Source of the DNA: Longimicrobiales bacterium
GTDB lineage: Bacteria; Gemmatimonadota; Gemmatimonadetes; Longimicrobiales; Gaopeijiaceae
Assembly (NCBI GenBank): GCA_041690395.1
Contig: JAWLHJ010000004.1
Coordinates: 1 to 64,000, forward strand
DNA: 64,000 nt
Direction of reading: 5' to 3'
Positions 30,260 to 39,963 of the stretch are shown one piece after another; position 1 is the first letter of the stretch, and the number at the start of each line of letters is the position of its first letter. The notes under the pieces were generated by a model, which was not told where the DNA came from, made no database searches, and saw only the letters and a program-made list of their open reading frames with translations. The position numbers and the translations under genes are program-made.

Positions 30260-31882
30260 ATGAAGCGACGAGACTTCCTCCGACACTCCGCCGTGACCGC
30301 GGCGGGCCTGACGGTCCTCGGCCGTCCGGAGCTCCTCCACGGTGTGCTGTCTCCCGTCGCGCACGGCCCCGTCGTGCAGGACGCCGAGCGACGGGACCTG
30401 GCCGAGCGCGCGCTCGAGGCCGCACGGTCCGCGGGGGCCGAGTGGGCCGACGTGCGGATCAACACGAACCGCAGCCAGGGGATCTCGACCCGCGACCGCA
30501 GGATCACCGGGGTGGCCGACAACATCACGTCGGGCTTCGGGGTGCGGGTGCTCGTCGGCGGCACGTGGGGCTTCGCCGCGAGCGGGACGGTGACGCGCGA
30601 CGAGATGGTGCGGGTCGCTCGCCAGGCCGTCGCCCAGGCGAGCGCGAACCGGGCCGCGCAGCGCGAGCCCGTCCAGCTCGCGCCGGCGGAGGTGGAGCCG
30701 AACGGCGTCTGGCGGAGCCCCATCCGTACGGACCCGTTCGACATCGCCATCGAGGACAAGGTCGAGTACCTGTTCCAGGCGAACGAGGCGGCGCTGGCGG
30801 TATCCGGAGCGCGGCTCGCCTCGTCGAACCTCCGCTTCCTGCGGGAGGAGAAGTTCTACGCGAACAGCGAAGGGACGGTGACAGACCAGGTCGTCTACCA
30901 GTCGTATCCGACCATGAGCGTGACCGCGGTCTCTTCCGACGGCTCGGACTTCCAGTCGCGGAACTCGACCGACATCCCGCCGCTCGCCCTCGGCTGGGAG
31001 CACGTGGTCGACTCCGACATGGTGGGGCTGGCCCCGATGTTCGCCGAGGAGGCGGTCGAGAAGCTGTCGGCCCGCTCGGTCGAGCCCGGGGAGTACGACC
31101 TGGTGCTCCTCCCGAGCCACCTCGGCCTGACGCTGCACGAGTCCGTCGCGCATCCGACCGAGCTCGACCGCATCATGGGCTTCGAGGCCAACTACGCGGG
31201 CACGTCGTTCATCTACCCGCTCGAGGACTACCTGGGCAGCTTCCGGTACGGCCCCGAGTTCATGAACGTCGTGGGCGAGCGCTCGACACCGGGCGCGCTC
31301 TCCACTGTCGGCTGGGACGACGAAGGGGTCGCTCCGCGCGACTACCACATCGTGCGGGACGGCGTCCTGAACGACCTGCAGACGACGCGCGAGCAGGCGC
31401 TCTGGCTGTCGGACTGGTACGAGAGCCAGGGTCGCGAAGTGCGCTCGCACGGCAACTCCTACGCGCAGTCCTGGGCGGACGTGCAGTTCCAGCGCATGCC
31501 GAACATCAACCTCATGCCGTATCCCGATCGCGACGTGTCGGTCGAGGAGCTCGTCAGCGACATCGACCGCGGCATCATCATCGACGGGCGGGGCTCGTTC
31601 TCCATCGACCAGCAGCGCTACAACGCGCAGTTCGGCGGCCAGACGTTCCGCGAGATCCGGAACGGACGCGTGGAGGGCATGCTCAAGGACGTCGCGTACC
31701 AGATCCGGACGCCGGAGTTCTGGAACGCCATGGACCTGTGTGGCGGGCCGAGCACCTACCAGATGTACGGCACCGTCGGTGACGGTAAGGGTCAGCCGTC
31801 ACAGTCGAACGCGGTCACGCACGGATGCCCCGCGACACGGCACCGCGGCATCACGGTGATCAATACGGCCAGGAGCGTGTGA
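30260..31882 (+). CDS. tldD: TldD-family metalloprotease with Tat signal (copy 2)
   Basis: Same length as copy 1 (540 aa), about 86% identical by manual count; HESVAH motif. Confidence 0.9.
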   Translation: MKRRDFLRHSAVTAAGLTVLGRPELLHGVLSPVAHGPVVQDAERRDLAERALEAARSAGAEWADVRINTNRSQGISTRDRRITGVADNITSGFGVRVLVGGTWGFAASGTVTRDEMVRVARQAVAQASANRAAQREPVQLAPAEVEPNGVWRSPIRTDPFDIAIEDKVEYLFQANEAALAVSGARLASSNLRFLREEKFYANSEGTVTDQVVYQSYPTMSVTAVSSDGSDFQSRNSTDIPPLALGWEHVVDSDMVGLAPMFAEEAVEKLSARSVEPGEYDLVLLPSHLGLTLHESVAHPTELDRIMGFEANYAGTSFIYPLEDYLGSFRYGPEFMNVVGERSTPGALSTVGWDDEGVAPRDYHIVRDGVLNDLQTTREQALWLSDWYESQGREVRSHGNSYAQSWADVQFQRMPNINLMPYPDRDVSVEELVSDIDRGIIIDGRGSFSIDQQRYNAQFGGQTFREIRNGRVEGMLKDVAYQIRTPEFWNAMDLCGGPSTYQMYGTVGDGKGQPSQSNAVTHGCPATRHRGITVINTARSV

Positions 31883-32493
31883 AGAAGGACGCCGAGACGG
31901 AGCTCGAGTCCGCAGGCGCGCCCCAGCCGGTGACCCCGAACGCGCCGACGCGGTCGTTCCGGTGGCGGACCTGGCTCGAGTGGGCGTTCACGCTCGGCGT
32001 GCTGGCCTTCGCCGTGCACCGGCTCGGCCCACAGCTCGGTGCGCTCGCCGGGGTCGGACCCGACCTCGGGCGGGCTCCGGACTTCACGGTCGTCACGCTC
32101 GACGGTGACACGCTGCGGTCGGCCGAGCTCGAGGGCCAGGTCGTCGTGGTCAACTTCTGGGCGACGTGGTGCGGCCCGTGCCGTCTCGAGATGCCCTCGC
32201 TCCAGTCGCTTCACGAGGACCGGGCCGACGAGGGCGTCGTCGTGATCGGGCTCTCCACCGACGTCGGCTCCGCCGAGCCGATCCGGGCCTACGCCGAGGA
32301 GCTCGACATCACCTTCCCCGTCGCCCGCGCGACGAACGATCATCGACGTGCCTTCGGCGGCATCCAGGGGATTCCGACGACGTTCCTGATCGACCGAACC
32401 GGCGTCGTGAGGCACCGCGTCGTGGGCTACTTCACCCCCCCGGCGCTCCGACTGGCGGTCGGGCGGCTCGTGGACGAAGGCCCGCGCCCTTGA
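31879..32493 (+). CDS. TlpA/ResA-type thiol-disulfide oxidoreductase
   Basis: VVVNFWATWCGPCRLEMP, GIPTTFLID; N-terminal membrane anchor; GTGA overlap with tldD2. Confidence 0.9.
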   Translation: MKKDAETELESAGAPQPVTPNAPTRSFRWRTWLEWAFTLGVLAFAVHRLGPQLGALAGVGPDLGRAPDFTVVTLDGDTLRSAELEGQVVVVNFWATWCGPCRLEMPSLQSLHEDRADEGVVVIGLSTDVGSAEPIRAYAEELDITFPVARATNDHRRAFGGIQGIPTTFLIDRTGVVRHRVVGYFTPPALRLAVGRLVDEGPRP

Positions 32494-32594
32494 GCCACTC
32501 GCCGACCGCCGTACCTTCAGGGGCGGCCACCCGCACGCACAGCCCTCGAGCCGGCTCATCCGGCCCGAATCCCGCAACGGAGTCACGAGTCGTC

Positions 32595-32978
32595 ATGGAC
32601 CTCAGGATCACCGGAAAGATCACGCAAATCCTCGAAGAGATGTCCGGCGAGGGCCGGAACGGCCCCTGGAGGAAGCAGGAATTCATCCTCCAGACCGAGG
32701 GCGACTACCCCAAGGACGTGTGCATCGTCCAGTGGGGCGACAACATCGATCAGTTCGCGATCAAGGAAGGCGAGCGGCTGACCGCGCACATCGACATCCA
32801 GAGCCGCGAGTTCAAGGGCAAGTGGTACACCGACGTGAAGGCCTGGCGCATCGAGCGCGAGGGCGACGCAGCCGCCCGGCCGCAGGCCCAGGGCAAGGCA
32901 CAGCCCGCCGGGCCGTCGGCGAACTTCCCCGAGGAGCCGACGGACACCACGGACTACGACGACGACCTGCCGTTCTGA
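32595..32978 (+). CDS. DUF3127-family OB-fold/SSB-like protein
   Basis: GPWRKQEFIL..YPK, IDIQSREFKGKWYTDVKAWRIE; acidic tail DDDLPF. Confidence 0.85.
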   Translation: MDLRITGKITQILEEMSGEGRNGPWRKQEFILQTEGDYPKDVCIVQWGDNIDQFAIKEGERLTAHIDIQSREFKGKWYTDVKAWRIEREGDAAARPQAQGKAQPAGPSANFPEEPTDTTDYDDDLPF

Positions 32979-32989
32979 GGCACCCGTAG

Positions 32990-33048
32990 GACGGGCACAA
33001 AAGGGGGGCGTCGCTTGTTTGGCGAACGCCCCCCTTCTGTGTCCTGTC
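32990..33048. terminator. Hairpin between convergent DUF3127 and purH
   Basis: cacaaaaggggggcgt..acgccccccttctgtg. Confidence 0.7.
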
Positions 33049-33114
33049 GTGTCCGCTGCGGCGACCCACGCCACCACGCGCTGCGCGACGGGTGCCGCCC
33101 GCACGCAACCGGGC

Positions 33115-34782
33115 TCAGTGCCGGAACAGCCTCCGGCCCGTGAACACCATCGCGATGCCGTGCTCGTTGGCCGCGTCGATGACCTCCTGGTCGCGCATCG
33201 AGCCGCCCGGCTGGATCACCGCGCGCACACCGGCTTCGGCGGCGGCGTCGACCCCGTCCCGGAACGGGAAGAACGCGTCCGACGCGAGGACCGAGCCATC
33301 GAGCGTGAGGCCGGCGTCGGCCGCCTTCCGAACCGCGATCTTCGACGAGTCGACGCGGCTCATCTGTCCGGCCCCGATCCCGAGCACGGCGCCGTCTCGC
33401 GCCATCAGGATAGCGTTCGACTTCACCCCGAAGATCGCCGCCCAGGCGAACGCCAGGTCGTCGGCCTCCCGGTCACTCGGCGCACGCTCCGTGACCACAT
33501 TCCAGTCGTGGTCCGCAAGCCCGTAGAACGGCGGCACCGGCGGCGTCTGGACCAGTAGCCCCCCGTACACCGAGCGGAGCGCCCGCGGCTGCGGCACGGC
33601 GCCGTGCACCGCCAGGAACGCGATCTGTCCGAGCCCGTCGGGATCGCCCTCCCAAGCTTCCGACACCCATTCGGGGACGCCGGACTCCAGCTCCGGGAAG
33701 GTCAACAGCCTGATGTTCTTCTTCTCCGTCAGACGGGCCATCGCCTCGCGATCGTATCCCGGCGCCACGACGCACTCGATGAAGAGCTCGGACATCAGCT
33801 CGGCGGTGTCGGCGTCGACCTCGCGGTTCACCGCGATCACCGATCCGAACGCGCTGGTCGGGTCGGTCGCGAGCGCCTTCCGGTAGGCGTCGGCCAGGTC
33901 TTCGGAGACCCCCAGCCCGCACGGCGTCGTGTGCTTCACGATGCAGACCGCGGCACGGGTCGAGAGCGCGAACGGAGCCAGGCTGAGCAGGGCGCCGTCC
34001 AGGTCCAGGAAGTTGTTGTAGCTGAGCTCCTTTCCGTGATGCTGCTCGAGCGCGGACAGCCCGGCCGGTGCCCCCGCGGGGCGGTAGAACGCGGCTTCCT
34101 GGTCGGGGTTCTCGCCGTAACGGAGCGTCTGAACGCGGGTGTACGACAGGTCCAGGCTGGCGGGCGTCGGGTCGAAGTCGGCCTCGTCGTCCTGCTCCAG
34201 ATAGTCCGCCACCGCCGCATCGTAGGCGCTGATGTGCCGGAACACCTTCGCGGCGAGCCTGCGTCCGAGGCCGGCGCTGTCCTCGGCGTCGCCCTCACCA
34301 TCCTCCGCGGCGTCGAGCGCGTCGAGCACCGCAGCGTAGTCGGCGGGATCGACGACGACCAGGACGTCCCTGTGGCTCTTCGCGGCCGCGCGGATCATGG
34401 TCGGCCCCCCGATGTCCACCTTCTCCATCGCCTCGACGACGGACACGTCTCCCTGCGACACGGTCTCGCGGAACGGATACAGGTTGACGGCCACGAGATC
34501 GATCGGGCCGTAGCCGTGCGACTCCAGGGCTTCGAGATCGTCGGGCCGGTCGCGCCGGGCCAGGAGTCCCGCGTGGATGGCCGGATGCAGCGTCTTCACG
34601 CGGCCGTCCATCATCTCGGGGTGCCCGGTCACGTCGGAGACGCTGGTCACGTCCAACCCTGCGTCTCGCAGTGTGCGCGCGGTTCCGCCGGTCGAGAGCA
34701 GCTCCCAGCCGCGCTCGGCCAGGGCCTTCCCGAAGTCCACGATGCCGCTCTTGTCGGATACGCTGAGGAGCGCCCGCTTCAT
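33115..34782 (-). CDS. purH: Bifunctional AICAR transformylase/IMP cyclohydrolase
   Basis: RALLSVSDK, GRVKTLHP, DIGGPTM, LRYGENP, GAGQMSRVDS, ASDAFFPF, RLFRH. Confidence 0.97.
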   Translation of the reverse strand: MKRALLSVSDKSGIVDFGKALAERGWELLSTGGTARTLRDAGLDVTSVSDVTGHPEMMDGRVKTLHPAIHAGLLARRDRPDDLEALESHGYGPIDLVAVNLYPFRETVSQGDVSVVEAMEKVDIGGPTMIRAAAKSHRDVLVVVDPADYAAVLDALDAAEDGEGDAEDSAGLGRRLAAKVFRHISAYDAAVADYLEQDDEADFDPTPASLDLSYTRVQTLRYGENPDQEAAFYRPAGAPAGLSALEQHHGKELSYNNFLDLDGALLSLAPFALSTRAAVCIVKHTTPCGLGVSEDLADAYRKALATDPTSAFGSVIAVNREVDADTAELMSELFIECVVAPGYDREAMARLTEKKNIRLLTFPELESGVPEWVSEAWEGDPDGLGQIAFLAVHGAVPQPRALRSVYGGLLVQTPPVPPFYGLADHDWNVVTERAPSDREADDLAFAWAAIFGVKSNAILMARDGAVLGIGAGQMSRVDSSKIAVRKAADAGLTLDGSVLASDAFFPFRDGVDAAAEAGVRAVIQPGGSMRDQEVIDAANEHGIAMVFTGRRLFRH

Positions 34783-34792
34783 GGCTGTCTCT

Positions 34793-35473
34793 CTATCTAT
34801 CGTTGAGGTTCTGCGATTCGGATGCCGCGGCGCCGTCCGGACGGAACGCATCGCCCGCCAGGTCCACCGGCTCGACGTCCCTGCCCTGGCGCCAGAACGG
34901 CACGAGGTGATCCACCACCCGGGGGTAGAGCCAGTGTTCCACCTCGAGCACCCGGGCCGCCACCGCCTCGGCCGTGTCGTTCGGCCTGACCGGCACCGGC
35001 CACTGCGCGAGGATACGGCCCCGGTCGTACACCTCGTCGGCCAGATGGACGGTCGGCCCCGTGACGCGGACGCCGGACTCGAGCACCGCCCGGTGCACGT
35101 TCATGCCGTACATCCCCTTCCCCCCGAACGACGGAAGGAGCGCCGGATGGATGTTCACGATCCGGCCGCGATACCGCATGACGACCCCGGCGGGTACGAG
35201 CTTCAGGTAACCCGCGAGGAGCACGAAATCGATGTCGTGCCGGTCGAGGGCCGCCAGCATGCGTGCCTCCACTGGCTCCCCGTCCGGATCGTGGGCGACG
35301 ACCGCGCGGGGCACGCCCGCTCGTTCCGCACGGGCCAGGGCGCCCGCGTCGGGACGGTTGGAAAGAACCAGCCCCACCCGCCAAGCCGCGTCGTCCGTCG
35401 CGTGGTCCAGAAGGGCCTGGAGGTTCGTGCCGCCGCCCGATGCGAAGACCGCGGCGCGGAGCGGCCGCGTCAC
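34793..35473 (-). CDS. purN: Phosphoribosylglycinamide formyltransferase
   Basis: FASGGGTNLQAL, LAGYLK, NIHPALLP, GPTVH..YDRG. Confidence 0.95.
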   Translation of the reverse strand: MTRPLRAAVFASGGGTNLQALLDHATDDAAWRVGLVLSNRPDAGALARAERAGVPRAVVAHDPDGEPVEARMLAALDRHDIDFVLLAGYLKLVPAGVVMRYRGRIVNIHPALLPSFGGKGMYGMNVHRAVLESGVRVTGPTVHLADEVYDRGRILAQWPVPVRPNDTAEAVAARVLEVEHWLYPRVVDHLVPFWRQGRDVEPVDLAGDAFRPDGAAASESQNLNDR

Positions 35474-36123
35474 GCCAGCTCGCCCCCGTAGTGCGGAATC
35501 AGGAACGGATTCGTGGCGCGCTCGTCACCGACGGTGGTGGCCGGCCCGTGTCCGGGATACAGCACGGTTTCGTCCGGGAGCGAGAGCACCTCGCCACGGA
35601 TCGACCGCATGAGCGTCTTGAAGTCGCCACCGGGAAGGTCGGTACGGCCGATCGAGCCCTGGAAGACCACATCGCCCACGAGGGCGACGCCGTGGTCGGC
35701 GGCCACCAGGATCACGTGGCCGGGAGCGTGGCCCGGCGTGAAGCGGATGTCGAAGCCGGTGTTCCCGAACTCGAAGCGCTCGCCGGGCGTGAGCTCGCCG
35801 GTGGGCTCGGGCTGCGGCTCGGCCCGGAGTCCGAACATCGCGGCCTGCTCGGGAAGCGAGCGGTAGAGACCCTCGTCCGCCGGGTGGAGGAGGATCGGCA
35901 CGTCCGGTGCGAACGCCCGGACGGTATGAACGCCCTCGACATGATCGAGGTGGGCGTGCGTCAGGAGGATGGCGTCGAGAGACCGACCTTCACGCTCGAG
36001 GTCGGCGACCATGATCTCCGCACCCGCTCCGGGATCGATCGCGACCGCCGCGCCGGTCTCCTCGCACTCGGCCAGATATGCGTTCTCGCCGAATACTCCG
36101 CCGGTGTACGTCCGAATGCGCAC
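35470..36123 (-). CDS. MBL-fold metallo-hydrolase (glyoxalase II-like)
   Basis: THAHLDH, TPGHAPG, GD..GSIGRTDLPGG, YPGHG. Confidence 0.92.
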   Translation of the reverse strand: MRIRTYTGGVFGENAYLAECEETGAAVAIDPGAGAEIMVADLEREGRSLDAILLTHAHLDHVEGVHTVRAFAPDVPILLHPADEGLYRSLPEQAAMFGLRAEPQPEPTGELTPGERFEFGNTGFDIRFTPGHAPGHVILVAADHGVALVGDVVFQGSIGRTDLPGGDFKTLMRSIRGEVLSLPDETVLYPGHGPATTVGDERATNPFLIPHYGGELA

Positions 36124-36150
36124 GGCGCTACCGCACGCCGGGGCGGTGGG

Positions 36151-36477
36151 TCAAACCGTGAAGGAGCTACCGCACCCGCAACCGCCGGCGGCGTTCGGAT
36201 TGCGGAAGGAGAATCCCTGACCCATGAAGCTGGTCACGTAGTCGATCTCGACGCCCTCGAGGTACTGGGCGCTGAAGGGGTCGACGAAGACGCGAATCCC
36301 CTCGACATCCAGGATCTCGTCGTCGTCCTCGGGTCCGTCCTCGATGTTCAGGCCGTACTGGAAGCCCGAGCATCCTCCGGGCAGAACCGCTACGCGAAGC
36401 CCCGTGTCGCCTTGGACACCGTGCTCGTGGATGAACTCGTGGACCTTCTGGGTCGCGGTCTTCGTCAGTGTGACCAT
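36151..36477 (-). CDS. A-type Fe-S carrier (IscA/ErpA/HesB family)
   Basis: GGCSGFQY and NPNA.GGCGCGSSF. Confidence 0.95.
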   Translation of the reverse strand: MVTLTKTATQKVHEFIHEHGVQGDTGLRVAVLPGGCSGFQYGLNIEDGPEDDDEILDVEGIRVFVDPFSAQYLEGVEIDYVTSFMGQGFSFRNPNAAGGCGCGSSFTV

Positions 36478-36552
36478 GATATCGACTTCTCTCCCGGCCT
36501 TCCGGAGGGGTCTTTGATTCGTGGGTCGTCGTTACGACCCTCGCCAACTGTT

Positions 36553-36573
36553 ACCCGTTGGTTGATAACGGGT
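36553..36573. promoter_or_regulatory. Inverted repeat upstream of the Fe-S carrier, candidate operator
   Basis: ACCCGTT-N7-AACGGGT in an AT-richer intergenic patch. Confidence 0.4.
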
Positions 36574-36615
36574 TTCACCTGGCTGGCCGAAAGCTATCCG
36601 AGGCCCCTGACAGGG

Positions 36616-37175
36616 TCAACGGCCGCCATGGTGCTCGAGGATCCAGCGCACGGCGGCGGCGAGGTCGTCCACGACCTCGATGTCCGGGCCGACATCGGCT
36701 TCGTGCCTCCGGCCGTATCCGGTCCGCACCAGGATCCCGGAGCCACCGAGCACGCGCGCAGGCTCGATGTCGCTCGCCTTGTCGCCGACGTAGAACGAGC
36801 GCCCCAGGTCGAGTCCGTGCTCGGCGGCGGTGCTCCGGTGCATCCCGGTGTCGGGCTTCCGGCAGTCGCACGGGCCGCTCACGTCGGGGTGGTGCGGGCA
36901 GTGGCGCGTCGCTTCGGGAGGGACGCCAGCGCTCTCGAGGATCTCCTGCAGGCGGGCCGCGACCGCTCGGTAGTCTTCCTCCGAGTAGAGTCCGCGGGCG
37001 ATCCCCGACTGGTTCGTCACGATCACGTACGGAAGACCGGCCTCCCGCAGCGCGGCGAGGGCCTCCAGAGTTCCGGGCACGAGCTCGACCCCGTCCGGAT
37101 CGGCCAGGTAGCTCTTCTCACGGATGATCGTGCCGTCCCGATCGAGGAAGACCGCCGGACGCGGAGCCGAGGCGC

Positions 37176-37179
<4 letters not shown>
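36616..37179 (-). CDS. gmhB: D,D-heptose 1,7-bisphosphate phosphatase (HAD IIIA)
   Basis: AVFLDRDGT, TNQSGIARG, CPHHP..CDCRKP, VGDKASD; GTGA overlap with selA. Confidence 0.88.
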
Positions 37180-38569
<1,390 letters not shown>

Positions 38570-38573
<4 letters not shown>

Positions 38574-39958
38574 CGTGATCCCCCGGGGGGGGCGACGGGG
38601 GGCCCGGCCCCGTCGAGCCACTCGGCGGGGACCTCGCCTCCTCCGCCCTCGCGGCCCGCCAGATTCACCACGCCATCGACCGAGACCGTGTACGCCTCGC
38701 TCGCGTCGAGAGGCTCCTCGAGCACGATCACGATACGCCGCCCCGGCAGGACACGGTCGCGTGCGAGCGCCTGGTCGAGCCCCTGGATACCGCCGCCCGG
38801 AAGGAGTGGTGGCCCGAGACGCCGGTCGGCTTGGGGTGTACGGGCATCCGCGCCGGGCAAGGCGAGGGAGTCGGCGGCCGGGAGGGTATCGGCGGCCGGC
38901 AGCGAATCGGTGGCCAGCAGGGTGTCAGCCGCGGCGAGAGTGTCGGTCGACGGGAGCGTGTCGGCCGGGGCGGCATCGCCCGCGGGGGGCGCCTGAGCGC
39001 GCGCGACCGAGTCCGCGCGGGCGAGCGAGTCCGCGACGCTGTCGGCATAACGGATCCATTCGGCCGCGTGGTACCTGCGCTGCACTGCCGGCCCTTCCCC
39101 GCTCTCGCTCACGATCGACACCGACACGTCGTCGAGCGCGCTGGCGGGATCCACGTAGTCGTCGAAGCGGAGCGCCAGCGTGACCGAATCCATCACCTCC
39201 GCGCCGAGCAACACGGCCGCCGTCGTGTCCGGCGCGACGACGGGAACGTCGACGAAAAGCGTGTCGCCGGGCGCCACGTCGAGCGTGAAGGTGCCGCGTG
39301 TTTCGCTGGGGCCGGGCTCCCCGTCACGGTTCTGGTCGTCGAACGCGGTGACTCCGTACGTTCCCGCCGGCAGGTACCGGAAGGCGTAGATACCGCCCTC
39401 CGACGACGAGGCCAGGTAGACGAGCGAATCCTCGGACACCGCGTTCAGGCTGTACCCCCCCACGCCCCGTCCCGTGATGCGGTCCCACACCTCGCCGGCG
39501 ACGGCCGTCTCCTCCGGCTCACCGCCGGTGCTGAACACCAGCTCGAACGGGTCCTGGAGCGCGTTGCCGAACAGGTCGCGCACGACCGGGAGCAGGGTGA
39601 CCCGGTAGACGATACCCGGCCTGAAGCCGCCATCGACCTCCACCGACAGGCTGCGGCGGCCGTGTCCGACCCGGACCCGACCGGTCCGCGGCGAAACCGT
39701 GACGGCCTCGTCGAGTGGGCCGGCGCCGCCCTGCTCGCTGATGCGCTCGTCGAACTCGAAGCGCACGGGGCCCGTGAAGTCGGGGACGTCGGCCAACGCC
39801 TCGGGCGTCGTGCGGATCACCACCGGCGGGCGGGCGTCCGGCGGGCCACCGGGCGGCGCGCTCTGGCGCGCGCAGGCGGCGAACAGCAACCCGCACGCCA
39901 ACGCCGCCGGCAGCACCACCCGACCGGCTCGCCGCGCCCCCGTCCATCCGTCGGGCAT
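38570..39958 (-). CDS. Ig-like (Big_5) domain lipoprotein with D-S/T-rich repeats
   Basis: Lipobox FAAC-ARQSAPPGGPPD..PPVV, FDERI, DLFGN..FSTG. Confidence 0.75.
38861..38966 (-). repeat. Six degenerate 18-bp tandem units encoding [AT]D[ST]Lxx
   Basis: ADTLPS TDTLAA ADTLLA TDSLPA ADTLPA ADSLAL. Confidence 0.8.
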
Positions 39959-39963
39959 CGTGG

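Noticed and set aside
27207..32594. RiPP precursor or YcaO cluster associated with TldD/E
   Set aside because: No precursor-like small ORF or modifying enzyme is present near the tld genes.
33585..33700. Insertion of about 30 aa in PurH, possible intein remnant
   Set aside because: No intein terminal motifs; probably a surface loop.
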